Notes: a model not told the origin generated them from the letters alone. Positions 24,744 through 35,297 are shown, counted from the stretch's first letter. The stretch is DNA of 64,000 nucleotides from Vicinamibacteria bacterium (GCA_963837165.1 CAWIMD010000008.1:5008-69007), one strand, 5' to 3'. Made by a program: numbers and translations.

Positions 24744-26273
24744 ATGGCACGTGGAACGTGGCTGCTGGCGCTGGCGTCAGCGCTGGCCGTGGGTCTTGTC
24801 GCCGCACAAGCGCGCCCACAGAACGCCGCCGCCACCGAGACCGAGGTCAGGACCGCCTGCAGCGTCTGCCACCTGTTCCCTCCGCCCGACATCCTCCCCC
24901 GCAGTGCGTGGCGCGACGAGATTGCGCGCATGTCGCTGATCCGCGACAACCAGCCCCAGCCGGCCGGTCCGGCGGGCACGGCCGCGCGGCTGGTCCTGCT
25001 GCCGACCGACTTCGAGCGGGTCCTCCGCTACTACGAGCGCCTGGCGCCCGCGAAGCTGCCGGCGCCCGTGTCCTGGCCCGCCGTCGATCGCCTGACGTTC
25101 GTCCCCCGGACGATGGTCCCCGCCGATCCGGAGCCGGAGCCCGCGATCGCCAACGTCCGCCTGCTCGACGTGGACGGCGACCGCAGGCTCGAGCTCCTGG
25201 TTGCCGACATGCGCAACGGCCTCGTCCTGGAAGGACGCCCCTACGCCAACGACTCCAGGCTCGAGATCATCGCGCAGCTCAACAATCCATGCCACGTCTC
25301 GATGGTGGACTTCGACGGGGACGGCATCCAGGACTTCCTGGTGGGCGACCTGGGCGCGTTTCTCCCGGCCGATCACACGCACGGCGCGGTGGTGCTCCTG
25401 CGCGGGACGCCGGGCGGCCGCTACCAGACGATGTCTCTCGACGGCTGGCCCCGAGTGGCCGACGTCGAGGCCGCCGACTTCAACGGCGACCGCAAGCTCG
25501 ATCTCGCGGTCGCCGCATTCGGGTGGCGCAAGGTGGGCAACCTGAGCGTCCTCGAGAACCACTCCGTGAACAACGCCCGGCCCTCCTTCGTGACGCGGGT
25601 CATCGACCCGCGGCCGGGCGCCATCCACGCCGTCCCCGTGGACCTGAACCACGACGGCAGGCTCGACCTGGTCACCGTGTTCGCGCAGCAGTTCGAGACC
25701 GTCGTGGCCTTCGTCAACAACGGCACGGCCGATGTCTCCTTCACGCCGCAGGTCATCTACACGGGACCGCACCCCAACTGGGGGTCGTCGGGCATCCAGG
25801 TCGTGGACCTCGACGGCGACGGCGACCTCGACGTGCTGCTCACGCACGGCGATACCTTCGACGACCGGATCATCAAGCCGTATCACGGCATCCAGTGGCT
25901 GGAGAACGCCGGGGCGTTCCCGTTCACCGAGCACACGCTCGCCACGCTGCCGGGCGTGAGCCGCGCGGAGGCGGTGGACCTGGACGGCGACGGCGATCTC
26001 GACGTGGTCGCCGGCGCGTTCATCGCGGCCGGATCCGACGAGGACGAGGCCGCCATGCCGAGCCTGGTCTGGCTCGAGCAGACGCGCCCCGGCGTGTTCG
26101 CGCCGCACACGCTCGAGCGGGGGATGCCTCACCACGCGACACTGGACGTGGGCGACTTCGACAACGACGGCGACGCGGACATCGTCGTGGGCAACTTCCT
26201 GTTCAACTCCGGGTCCACCTCGGAGAGCTGGGTGGACGTCTGGGAAAACACGCGGGCGACGCGCCACGAGTGA
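24744..26273 (+). CDS. Mono-haem cytochrome c fused to an FG-GAP/VCBS propeller
   Basis: Signal peptide, CSVCH..PPPDILP..W..M, then multiple DxDGDGDxD repeats. Confidence 0.8.
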   Translation: MARGTWLLALASALAVGLVAAQARPQNAAATETEVRTACSVCHLFPPPDILPRSAWRDEIARMSLIRDNQPQPAGPAGTAARLVLLPTDFERVLRYYERLAPAKLPAPVSWPAVDRLTFVPRTMVPADPEPEPAIANVRLLDVDGDRRLELLVADMRNGLVLEGRPYANDSRLEIIAQLNNPCHVSMVDFDGDGIQDFLVGDLGAFLPADHTHGAVVLLRGTPGGRYQTMSLDGWPRVADVEAADFNGDRKLDLAVAAFGWRKVGNLSVLENHSVNNARPSFVTRVIDPRPGAIHAVPVDLNHDGRLDLVTVFAQQFETVVAFVNNGTADVSFTPQVIYTGPHPNWGSSGIQVVDLDGDGDLDVLLTHGDTFDDRIIKPYHGIQWLENAGAFPFTEHTLATLPGVSRAEAVDLDGDGDLDVVAGAFIAAGSDEDEAAMPSLVWLEQTRPGVFAPHTLERGMPHHATLDVGDFDNDGDADIVVGNFLFNSGSTSESWVDVWENTRATRHE

Positions 26274-26305
26274 GTACGGCTAGCTGCCTGCCCGCGCGCT
26301 CGTTG

Positions 26306-26436
26306 GCAGGCCTGAAGGCCTGCGCTACCCCAGAGCGCGCAACGCATCCCGCGGAACGCATGCGGCGTAACACATGTCGCGCAGACCTTTAGGTCTGCCC
26401 ACACGCCCGGTGGCAGGCCTGAAGGCCTGCGCTACA
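26306..26436. repeat. GTAG-type REP cluster (3 copies)
   Basis: GCAGGCCTGAAGGCCTGCGCTAC twice, and one GCGCAGACCTTTAGGTCTGC. Confidence 0.85.
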
Positions 26437-26498
26437 CCAGAGCGCGTCTCGAGTTCCACGGTCAGGTGGCGTTCACGCGCTGTGGTACGATCGCGTCC

Positions 26499-28193
26499 AT
26501 GCGGGGTTGCGACGCCGGGCGGGCCATGCGACTGACGTTGGCCGCGGGCCTCCTCGGGCTCGCGGTGATCGTCACCGGCGCCGTCGCGCCCGCGGCGCTC
26601 CGGGCGGCCGACGGCCAGTCGGCGCAGCCGGCCGCGCAGCCCGATGAGCAGCAGGCGCGTGTCGTGTGCGGCACCTGTCATCCGCTGCCCCCTCCCGACA
26701 TCCTGCCGCGCGCGCAGTGGCGCTCCGAATTCGTGCGGATGCTGTACATCCGCGAGAAGCAGCAGCTGCCGATCGGTCCGCCGGACCGCGTGCGCCTGAC
26801 GCCGCTGCCCGAAGAGATGGAACGCGCGCTGCCCTACTTCGAGAGCCGTGCCCCAGAGCGCCTTTCGGACCCCGAGCCGTGGCCCGATCCGTCGGAGTCG
26901 CCGCTCCGGTTCGTGAAGCGCAGTCTCTCGGCGTCCGAGATGTCCGGCGCGCCGGCCATCTCCAACGTGCGGCTGTTCGACTTCGACGGCAACGGGACGC
27001 TGGACCTGCTCGCCACTGAAATGGCGCAAGGTCTGATCCTGAACGCGCCGTCGCTGGCCACGGCGCACGATCTCAAGGTGCTCGCCAGCCTGCCGCACCC
27101 GGACCATGTCACGCCCTTCGACCTGGACAAGGACGGCGTCGAGGATCTGCTGGTCGCCGACCTCGGCCAGTTCTTCCCGTCGGACCACCACGACGGCGCG
27201 GTGATCTGGATGCGCGGCCTGCCGGGCGGCAAGTTTGGCGCGATGTGGCTCGACGGCTGGCCGCGCGTGGCCGACGTCGAGGCGGCCGACTTCAACGAGG
27301 ACGGCAAGGTGGACATGGTCGTCGCCGCCTTCGGCTATCACACGACGGGCCAGATCGCGATCCTGGAGAACCGGACGACGAACGTCGATCAGCCGTCGTT
27401 CGCGGCCCACGTCATCGACCCGCGCACCGGCAGCATCCACGTGATCCCGGTCGATCTCAATCACGACGGCCACATGGACTTCGTCGCGCTGCTGGCCCAG
27501 GAGCACGAGACGGTGATCGCCTACATCAACAAGGGCACGAAGGACTTCTCGTTCGACCAGCAGGTCATCTACGCCGCGCCGCATCCGAACTGGGGCTCGA
27601 CGGGCATCCAGCTGGTGGACATGGACAAGGACGGGGATCTCGACGTCCTGATGACCCATGGCGACACGTTCGACGACGGGCTCGTGAAGCCGTATCACGG
27701 GATCCAGTGGCTGGAGAACACGGGCAAGTTCCCGTGGACGAACCACCCGCTCCCGAACATGGCCGGTGTGCACCGCGCGGTGGCCGCCGACCTCGACGGG
27801 GACGGCGACCTCGACATCGCGGCGTGCGCGCTGCTCGCCGGCGGCGCCAACGTGGACGAGAGCACGCTGCCCGCGCTGGTCTGGCTCGAGCAGACGACGC
27901 CGGGCGTGTTCGTGAAGCACACGATCGAGATGGGCGTTCCCCGCCACGCGACGCTCGACGTCGGTGACATCGACGGCGACGGAGACCTCGACATCGTCAC
28001 GGGCAACTTCGCGGCGAACAAGGCCGTGGGAAGCTGGATCGACGTCTGGGAGAACGAGGGGAAGGCCGCCCAGAGAGCGCGGCGCCACGAGCGGCCGGTA
28101 ATCGGCGCCCCCCCGCCCTACTCCTGCAGCGTGAAGAAGCTGGAACGCGACACGGCCTGCGGGCCGCCCGTCACTGTAATGCGCAGCTCGTAG
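26499..28193 (+). CDS. Mono-haem cytochrome c-FG-GAP protein, paralogue of 24744..26273 (start 26499 or 26526)
   Basis: CGTCH..PPPDILP..W..M; shared LDGWPRVADVEAADFN, PHPNWGS, HGDTFDD..KPYHGIQWLEN. Confidence 0.8.
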   Translation: MRGCDAGRAMRLTLAAGLLGLAVIVTGAVAPAALRAADGQSAQPAAQPDEQQARVVCGTCHPLPPPDILPRAQWRSEFVRMLYIREKQQLPIGPPDRVRLTPLPEEMERALPYFESRAPERLSDPEPWPDPSESPLRFVKRSLSASEMSGAPAISNVRLFDFDGNGTLDLLATEMAQGLILNAPSLATAHDLKVLASLPHPDHVTPFDLDKDGVEDLLVADLGQFFPSDHHDGAVIWMRGLPGGKFGAMWLDGWPRVADVEAADFNEDGKVDMVVAAFGYHTTGQIAILENRTTNVDQPSFAAHVIDPRTGSIHVIPVDLNHDGHMDFVALLAQEHETVIAYINKGTKDFSFDQQVIYAAPHPNWGSTGIQLVDMDKDGDLDVLMTHGDTFDDGLVKPYHGIQWLENTGKFPWTNHPLPNMAGVHRAVAADLDGDGDLDIAACALLAGGANVDESTLPALVWLEQTTPGVFVKHTIEMGVPRHATLDVGDIDGDGDLDIVTGNFAANKAVGSWIDVWENEGKAAQRARRHERPVIGAPPPYSCSVKKLERDTACGPPVTVMRSS

Positions 28194-30337
28194 GTCCCGG
28201 CGGGCAGCCCACTGATGGGCAGATCGCTGAGCTGCTGAATGCGATCGGCGCTGGAGTTCTCCATCGGGATCGGCGCCTCGGCCAGCACCCGCCCGTTCTT
28301 CAGCAACTGGGCGGCCGCCGTCAACGACCGCGAGCCTCCCTGATACACGGTGAAATAGAACGGGAGGTCGGAGGTGGTCGCCTTCCGGACCGTGCCGGCG
28401 ACGTTCGGGTACACCAGCGTGTCGCCCACGTAGAACGGCCCGGCGCGTTCGCTGTCGGAGGCGCCCCGGTGAGCGATCTGCTCCAGGTGATCGACCAGTA
28501 TCAGGCTGCTCATCCCCAGCGTGGACGGCTCGGCATCCGGCACCGTCACCGTGGACACCCGGACACTTCCCTGGTTGGCGAGGGCGTCGAAGGCGACCGC
28601 CTCGAGCGTATACACACCAGGAGCGAGCCTCGGCTCCCGATAGAAGATGATCGTGCCCTGCCTGGCGGCGTCCATTTCCTTGTCGTTCCCCGACAGCACG
28701 TACTGCTGGCTCAGCGTGTGAACCGCGTTGCCCTCCGCGTCACGCACCCGGACGACGACCGCCACCTGCGCGGAGTAGGTGCCCCGGGCCGAGTCCACGA
28801 CGTAACGGAGGGCGTCGGTCGACAGGCGCACGACGATGGGCGTTTCCCCGGGGTGACGCGGATCGGGAAATGAAAAGCCCTGGGCCATGATCGGAAACGC
28901 GTTCGGCAGCGGCGCACGCCCGAGCATCGCCAGCGCCGGCACCTCGTAGTCGGCGGTCTCGCTGCCCGGCGGGCGGCGGATGGCGCGGTAGCCCTTGCGG
29001 GCGAAGACCTGGACGCCGGGGCGATCGGTCTTCACGTCGATCGTGCGGAACTTCCCGTCGAAGTCCGTGTTGCTGGGCGTGTAGCTCAGGGTGTAGTGGA
29101 ACTGGTTGTCCTCGTCGATGCGCTTGAAGGCCGACGTCAGGTCGTTGGACTCCGCGACGAGGAAACCGCCGGTATCCGAGGCGAGCCTGGCCAGGCCCGT
29201 CCGCGAGTCGAGCCTCACCATGTCCTCGACCTTCTCGAAGCCGCGCGTCAGCGGCTGATCGCTCCCGCTGCTGCCGCTCATGACCTGCATCATCCGGTCG
29301 TCGGTGAACTCCTGCAGCTCCTTGCGCGTGTCGGCAAGGTTGCTCCTCGTGCGGAGGCCGTTGGCGTCAACGGCATACACGGTGACGTTGGAGCGGTTGG
29401 CCACGTCGATGAGATCGTCGAGCTTCGCGCTCAGCACCGGCGACACCGGCAACCCCTGGGAGAAGAACACGATGGACTTGCGGCCTGGCGTTTCCGAGAG
29501 CGAGCGAATGACCCTCATCAGCGAGTACGTCGTGTCGTAGCCCCGGTGGTCGCGATCGAGCATGTCGAACCCGTCGATCATGTTCCGCTCCATCTCGAGC
29601 AGCTGCAGCTCCGCCTCGGTCTGCCCCATGGCGGCGCCGTTGGCCGCCAGCGCGGCGCCGCCGCTGCCGGTCGCCGCCGCCGATATCCGCGCGAGCCGCT
29701 CGCCCTGGAGCTCGCGGCGGCGATCCATCACTTCGTCCCGCCGCTCGCCCTTCTGCTGGGCGGCGGACGTGCCGGCCGGCATGAGCTGGCTGACGGCCCG
29801 GCGGATGGCCGATCGCTCGGTGGTGTACCCCTGCACCAGCCGGATACCGGGATCGGTGGCGAACACCCCCACTCGTACGTCCGAGTCGCCGGACATCGGC
29901 ACGTACTGCAGGGTCGCCCTCTGCGCCAACCCGAGCGCTTCCTCCGAGAGGTGATCGAACACGAGGGCGGTGGTCGCCTGATCGGCGGGCTCCTGATCTG
30001 GTGAGGTGGGCGGCACGCTGCCGGGCGGCAGGATGGCCACGGTCGATCCCGGCTGCTTCCACCTGACGTCCAGGCCGATGCCGCCGCCGCGCGTCACGCG
30101 CGTGAACGTGTCGACCTTCTGCCGGACGCCGTCTTCGTACACCCCGAAGTCGCCGACGGTCATGTCGGTGACGGGGTGGTCCTTCCGGTCGCGCACCACG
30201 ACATCGACCAGAATGGCGGTCGTGGCTCCGGTGAACTCCGGGGCCTTCTGCTGGGGCGCGGCACCGGTGGCGGTGGCCCCTCCCACCGAGCCCGCCAGCG
30301 CCAACGCCGAGAGCACGACGACGATGTGTCTGGCCAT
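28118..30337 (-). CDS. Acidobacterial-type VWA domain protein (long form)
   Basis: ILVDVVVRDRK..DFGVYEDG, PGRKSIVFFSQG, ANRSNVTVYAVDANGL, DTGG, YTLSYTP. Confidence 0.85.
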   Translation of the reverse strand: MARHIVVVLSALALAGSVGGATATGAAPQQKAPEFTGATTAILVDVVVRDRKDHPVTDMTVGDFGVYEDGVRQKVDTFTRVTRGGGIGLDVRWKQPGSTVAILPPGSVPPTSPDQEPADQATTALVFDHLSEEALGLAQRATLQYVPMSGDSDVRVGVFATDPGIRLVQGYTTERSAIRRAVSQLMPAGTSAAQQKGERRDEVMDRRRELQGERLARISAAATGSGGAALAANGAAMGQTEAELQLLEMERNMIDGFDMLDRDHRGYDTTYSLMRVIRSLSETPGRKSIVFFSQGLPVSPVLSAKLDDLIDVANRSNVTVYAVDANGLRTRSNLADTRKELQEFTDDRMMQVMSGSSGSDQPLTRGFEKVEDMVRLDSRTGLARLASDTGGFLVAESNDLTSAFKRIDEDNQFHYTLSYTPSNTDFDGKFRTIDVKTDRPGVQVFARKGYRAIRRPPGSETADYEVPALAMLGRAPLPNAFPIMAQGFSFPDPRHPGETPIVVRLSTDALRYVVDSARGTYSAQVAVVVRVRDAEGNAVHTLSQQYVLSGNDKEMDAARQGTIIFYREPRLAPGVYTLEAVAFDALANQGSVRVSTVTVPDAEPSTLGMSSLILVDHLEQIAHRGASDSERAGPFYVGDTLVYPNVAGTVRKATTSDLPFYFTVYQGGSRSLTAAAQLLKNGRVLAEAPIPMENSSADRIQQLSDLPISGLPAGTYELRITVTGGPQAVSRSSFFTLQE

Positions 30338-30373
30338 TCCCAGCCCCCAGTGTGGCGCGCCACACGTAATCAT

Positions 30374-30512
30374 ATGTAGCGCAGGCCTTCAGGCCTGCTA
30401 CGAACCGCGCACCGTATGTAGCGCAGGCCTTCAGGCCTGCTACGAACCGCGTTGGCAGACCTGAAGGTCTGCGCTACATACGATCTGGCAGACCTGAAGG
30501 TCTGCGCTACAT
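30374..30512. repeat. GTAG-type REP cluster (2 forward + 2 inverted)
   Basis: ATGTAGCGCAGGCCTTCAGGCCTGC x2; GCAGACCTGAAGGTCTGCGCTACAT x2. Confidence 0.9.
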
Positions 30513-30544
30513 GCGCTCTGGTCCGCGCTGCACGCGCTCCGGAC

Positions 30545-32734
30545 TCACTCTACGATTCGGACCATTGCTGAGCCGTACACCTGTTCGGCCCCCTGCTTCG
30601 CCACGCCGCGCAGTTCATACGTCCCTGCCGGGAGCTCCGAGATGGGCAGCCGCCCGAGCTCCTGAATGCGGCCCGACGCGTCAGGAGCGTCGAGCTGCAG
30701 CGGGAGCTGCGCCAGCAGCTTTCCGTTCTGCAGCAGCTCCAGCGCGGCCACCGGCGCGGCCTTCGCGGCGCCGGGGTAGATCGTGAAGAAGAATCCGAGC
30801 TCCTTCTCCGCGGCCTTGCTGATCTCGTCGCCGAGATTCGGGTAGACGAGGACGTTCTTCACGAAGAGCGGACCGTCCTTCGGCTCGTTCTCGCCGACCT
30901 TCTCGGCCCGCTTCACGATCACGAAGCTGCTCATCCGGAGCTTCGCCGGATCGACCTTCGGCACATCCACCGTCGCATACCGCACGCTGGCCTTCCCCGA
31001 CGGGTGGTCGTAGACGATCGTCTCCATTGTATAGAGGCCCGGGGGCAGCTCCGGCTCGCGATAGAACAGGACTTCGCTGTTCTTCGCGATGTCGAGCTTG
31101 TCCAGCTCGGCGGCCATCTCGTAGTGCTGGCCGACCTTCCTGACCACCTCGTCTTTCGGACCGATGAAGCGTACGACGACGGCGAAGTCGGACTTGAAGC
31201 CCTTCTTGTCCTCGGTCTCCGGGAACGACATCGGCGCCGTCTTCAGATCGACGAGCACCGGCACCACGCCAGGATGGGCCTTGTCGGGAAACAGCAGGGC
31301 GGCGGCTCGGACGGGGAACGCGTTCGGCACGGGCCGCCGCTCGACGACGCCGAGCGCGGGCGCCTCCCACGTGTTGACGGGACCGCCGCCGGTGTTGCGG
31401 ACGGCGAAGTAGCCCTTGCGCGCGGCGACGGTGACGCCGGAGCGCTTCACCTTGACGTCGATGTGCCGGAACGTCCCGTCGTAGGTCGCGTTCGACGGCG
31501 TGTAGCCGAGCAGGTAGTAGTTCCTGAGATCGCTCTCGATCCGGTCGAATCCCTGGCGCAGGTTGTTGGTGTTCTCGAAGAGCTGGCCGCCGGTCTCCTG
31601 GGCCAGCATGCCGAGACCCGTGTGGGCGTCCTGACGCAGCACGTCCTCGTTCTTCTCGAGATCTCTCATCAGCGGCTCGCTGCTGCTGTCCCTCACGCCC
31701 GTGGCATTGGAGTTGATCCCTTTCCTGCCGGCCGCGTTCACCGCGTCCCCGATCTCGTGCTGCTGGCTCGTGGCCCGCAGGCCGGCCGCGTCCATCGTGT
31801 AGATGCTGACGTTGGCGCGGTTGGCGGCGTCGATCACGCCCAGGAACAGCCGCTGCACGGCCGGCGGGATCGCAAGGCCCTCGGAGAACAGCACGATGCT
31901 CTTGCGCCCGGGCAGCGTCCGGAGCTGGCCGATGATCGCGAACAGGCCGTTCACGGAGGAGTAGCCCGCTTCGTCGCGCTCGAGGACCTCGAACTGTTTC
32001 GCCATCTTCGACGCCATCTGCGCAAGCTGGGCCGCGCCGGGAGACGACCCGATGGCGCCCGACCCGCCCTGTCCGGCGCCTGCCGTCGCCGAGTCGGCAG
32101 CCGACTGCGTCATCTCGGCCTCCTGCTCCACCTGCGCCTGGCGCTCCTTGTCGCCGCCGAAGGTCGTGGACGCGCGGCTCTCGATGGTGTCCAGCGCCTT
32201 GCTCAGCACGGCGGAATCCTTGGTGAACGGCGCGTACGGCGTGAACGCCAGATCGATCCCGAACACGCCGACCAGGCTGGGAAGGGGCTCCTTCTGCGTG
32301 ACGTACTTGCGGGCCGCCAGGACGGCCAGGCGCTTGGCCTCCGGGCTCAGGCGATCGAAGACGAGTGCGGTGATCGGCGGGCCGGTGAGCCCTGGCCCCG
32401 GCGCAGCGGGCGCGGCGGCGGCCTTCTCCGCGGCCGGCATGGGCGTGCCTTCGGCCGTGAGCGTCGGCGCTGCGTTCCCCTCGAAGATCGGCGTGAACGA
32501 GCCGATCGTCTGCGGCGTGCCGTCCTCCGTGATCTCGAAGTCGTTCTGCGTGAGATCCCGTACGGGGTCCCCGTGCCTGTCGCGCACGACGACGTCCACC
32601 AGCACCGCGGTCACGCCGCCGGTGACCGTGCCGATCGCACGTGCAGGCGGCGGCTGCTGCGCGTCGCCGGCGGCGACGGAGAGCATGAGGACGATCGTGC
32701 CCGGGAGCAGGAGCCGATGCGGTTGTCTGGTCAT
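30545..32734 (-). CDS. Acidobacterial-type VWA domain protein (long form)
   Basis: VLVDVVVRDRHG..DFEITEDG, PGRKSIVLFSEG, ETGG, YLLGYTP. Confidence 0.85.
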   Translation of the reverse strand: MTRQPHRLLLPGTIVLMLSVAAGDAQQPPPARAIGTVTGGVTAVLVDVVVRDRHGDPVRDLTQNDFEITEDGTPQTIGSFTPIFEGNAAPTLTAEGTPMPAAEKAAAAPAAPGPGLTGPPITALVFDRLSPEAKRLAVLAARKYVTQKEPLPSLVGVFGIDLAFTPYAPFTKDSAVLSKALDTIESRASTTFGGDKERQAQVEQEAEMTQSAADSATAGAGQGGSGAIGSSPGAAQLAQMASKMAKQFEVLERDEAGYSSVNGLFAIIGQLRTLPGRKSIVLFSEGLAIPPAVQRLFLGVIDAANRANVSIYTMDAAGLRATSQQHEIGDAVNAAGRKGINSNATGVRDSSSEPLMRDLEKNEDVLRQDAHTGLGMLAQETGGQLFENTNNLRQGFDRIESDLRNYYLLGYTPSNATYDGTFRHIDVKVKRSGVTVAARKGYFAVRNTGGGPVNTWEAPALGVVERRPVPNAFPVRAAALLFPDKAHPGVVPVLVDLKTAPMSFPETEDKKGFKSDFAVVVRFIGPKDEVVRKVGQHYEMAAELDKLDIAKNSEVLFYREPELPPGLYTMETIVYDHPSGKASVRYATVDVPKVDPAKLRMSSFVIVKRAEKVGENEPKDGPLFVKNVLVYPNLGDEISKAAEKELGFFFTIYPGAAKAAPVAALELLQNGKLLAQLPLQLDAPDASGRIQELGRLPISELPAGTYELRGVAKQGAEQVYGSAMVRIVE

Positions 32735-32756
32735 GATTCCTGTATGGAAGGAAGCC

Positions 32757-33986
32757 TCAGGGTTGGGACTGCGGCGGATTCGGCGAGTACTCGGGAGCGA
32801 CGCCGCCCACCGCCTGGGACCCGCTCCGGTTGGTGCGCATCAGACGGTCGAGCCGGACGAATTCCTCGCGCTCCCGTGCCGCGGCCTCGGTCTTGCCCGC
32901 CCGCTGGTACGCCTTGGCGAGCGACAGGTGCGTGCTCGGGCTGTCGGGCGCAAGCTTGGCGCTGATTTCGAGCTCGCGAACGGCGCCGTCGATGTCGCCC
33001 GAGTCGAGCAGGGCGTCGCCCATGGCCTTGTGCGCCGCATAGGAGTTCGGCGCGGCCTCGAGCGACTTCTTCGCCCACGGGAGCGCCTCTGTCGGGTTGC
33101 TCTCCTTCAGATACTCGTAGGCGATCTGCATCAGCGCCGCGTCGTTGTCCGGCTGGATTTCCAGCTCCCGCTTGAACTGCTCGATCGCCTTCTGCGGCTG
33201 CTCGATCAGCAGGTAGACCCCGTAGGCGTAATGCACGTTCGGCGTCTCGGGATACCGCTCGACCAGCGCCTGGAACGCCTTCTCGGCGGCGGCCGTCTGT
33301 CGCGTCGCCATCAGGTAGCTCCCGCGGCCGGCCATCAGCACCATCTCCCGGCGGTCTGGCGGCACTTCGTTCGGCAGCATCGCCATCCGCAGGGTGGCAA
33401 TGCCCATGGCTTCGATCACGCGCGGGTTGTCGTTGCCCTCGGCACCGAATTCGCCCAGCGTCTGCAACGCCTGCTCGTACTGCTCGATCCGCGTCATGAG
33501 GATCGCGGCGTGGTACCGCGCCACGCCTCCGAGATCCTTGTCGGCGACGCCGAGCATCCGCGACTCCATCAGGTGCTGCAGTGCCCGGTCGTAGTTCCTG
33601 AGGCCGAACTCGCAGAGGCCGAGGAAGGCGACGGCCGATCCGTTCTTGGGCGAGAGCCGGGTGACCTTGCGGAACGCGTCCCGGCATTCCTCGAACTGGT
33701 CGAGCGAGTAGTACGCGGTGCCCTGGTACCAGTAGCCCTCTGCCCAGTCGGGCTTGAGCTTGACCGCCTTGCCGTACAGCTTGACCGCCTCCTCCCATTG
33801 CTGGGCCGTCCGTGCTGCCGTCGCCGCAGCGACGATCGCGTCGAACTGACCGGCGGCCGGCGCCGCGGCCGATCCGGCCGGAGGCTTCGCTGGCGGCCTG
33901 GTCTGCGCGGCAGTCGTGGGCGCGGCCACGGCCAGCCCCAGCAGGCTCAGCACGGCGAGCCGCGCGGCGGCTCGTGGTGTGGTCAC
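32757..33986 (-). CDS. Secreted TPR protein
   Basis: Signal peptide followed by serial TPR motifs; start overlaps the upstream stop. Confidence 0.85.
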   Translation of the reverse strand: MTTPRAAARLAVLSLLGLAVAAPTTAAQTRPPAKPPAGSAAAPAAGQFDAIVAAATAARTAQQWEEAVKLYGKAVKLKPDWAEGYWYQGTAYYSLDQFEECRDAFRKVTRLSPKNGSAVAFLGLCEFGLRNYDRALQHLMESRMLGVADKDLGGVARYHAAILMTRIEQYEQALQTLGEFGAEGNDNPRVIEAMGIATLRMAMLPNEVPPDRREMVLMAGRGSYLMATRQTAAAEKAFQALVERYPETPNVHYAYGVYLLIEQPQKAIEQFKRELEIQPDNDAALMQIAYEYLKESNPTEALPWAKKSLEAAPNSYAAHKAMGDALLDSGDIDGAVRELEISAKLAPDSPSTHLSLAKAYQRAGKTEAAAREREEFVRLDRLMRTNRSGSQAVGGVAPEYSPNPPQSQP

Positions 33987-35197
33987 TTCGGATTCCCCTC
34001 CTTCGGGACGGCCGCCGGCGCCGGGCCGGGCGCAGGCGCCGCTGGCGCGGTGGTGGTGCGTTCGGCGGCGTTGGTCGCCGCCTGTTTCGCCTGGATTTCG
34101 CGGTTGAGGCGATCCACGATCGCCTGCTCGCGATCGGCGTCCGCCTTCCGCTTTAGACGATGGTAGGCCGTGGCCAGCTGCACATGGGCGTCCACCGCGT
34201 CGGGGGCGTCTTTGACGACGCCCTCCAGCAGGCGCACGGCTTCCTCGGTCGCGCCGGTCTGGAGGCGGAGGCTGGCCAGCAGCTTGCGCGCGGTGAGGTC
34301 CTCGGGGTGGATCGCCACGGCCCGTGCCAGGTAGACGGAGGCATCGTCGAAGTCCTGGGCGTTCTTCCGCAGGCTGCCGAGCTCCAGGTTCGACTCGAAG
34401 TCGTTCACGTTGATGGCCAGCTCCCGGCGGAAGGCCCGCTGGGCCTCTGGCTGGTCGCCCAGGGCGAGCAGCGCCCGCCCGTAGGCCGAGTTCAGCGTGG
34501 GCAGCCTGGCGTTCAGCTGCAGCGCCCGCTCGAGCTCGGCTTTCGCCGGCTTGTAGTCGAACCGGTTCAGGTACGCGATGCCCAGCAGCAGGTGACCCTC
34601 GGCCGAGTCGCCGGAGCGGAAGATGCGGTCGATCAAGGCCTGCCCGTCGGTCTCGTTGCCCGTGTGCAGCAGCGCGGTGCCGAGCACGTATGCAAACGCC
34701 AGGTCGTCGCCGAACATCGCCCCGCGCGGCTGGAGCAGCGCCACGGCCTCAGCGTCCCGGCCGGTCTGCACGTAGCAGTCGGCGAGAATCAGGTAGGCGT
34801 TCTTCGTCTCCGGGGCCGTGGCCACCACCATCTTCAGGGGCTGGATCGCCTCGTTCGGCCGCCCCGACTTGTAGTACGCCAGCGCCAGGTTCATGCGGAC
34901 CGTGGCATTGGCCGGGTCGATCGCGAGCGCCTTCTCGTACTCGGCGAGGGCATCGTCGAACTGACCGAGGTGGACGTACACGGCGCCGAGGTTCGACAGC
35001 GCGTCGACCCGTTTCGGATCGATCGACAGGGCCATCTTGTAGGCGTCGATCGCCCCGATCAGGTCGCCGGCCTGCTGCATCGCCATGGCGCGCGTGAACA
35101 CCCGGTCGAAATCCTCCGACCCGGAGGCCGCCTGGCCGAACACGGTCCGGACGGGCAGGAGGAGCAGGACGACCAGGAGGCAGATTCGGCGGGTCAT
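33983..35197 (-). CDS. Secreted TPR protein
   Basis: Signal peptide; ALSNLGAVY, YEKALAIDP, NLALAYY TPRs. Confidence 0.85.
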   Translation of the reverse strand: MTRRICLLVVLLLLPVRTVFGQAASGSEDFDRVFTRAMAMQQAGDLIGAIDAYKMALSIDPKRVDALSNLGAVYVHLGQFDDALAEYEKALAIDPANATVRMNLALAYYKSGRPNEAIQPLKMVVATAPETKNAYLILADCYVQTGRDAEAVALLQPRGAMFGDDLAFAYVLGTALLHTGNETDGQALIDRIFRSGDSAEGHLLLGIAYLNRFDYKPAKAELERALQLNARLPTLNSAYGRALLALGDQPEAQRAFRRELAINVNDFESNLELGSLRKNAQDFDDASVYLARAVAIHPEDLTARKLLASLRLQTGATEEAVRLLEGVVKDAPDAVDAHVQLATAYHRLKRKADADREQAIVDRLNREIQAKQAATNAAERTTTAPAAPAPGPAPAAVPKEGNPK

Positions 35198-35235
35198 TCA
35201 AGGTTGGTGCAGACCGCTGGCACGCGGCGTTTCAG

Positions 35236-35297
35236 ATGTAGCGCAGACCTTCAGGTCTGCCCACGTCCCGGCAGCAGGCCTGAAGGCCTGCGCTACA
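35236..35297. repeat. GTAG-type REP inverted pair
   Basis: ATGTAGCGCAGACCTTCAGGTCTGC ... GCAGGCCTGAAGGCCTGCGCTACA. Confidence 0.88.
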
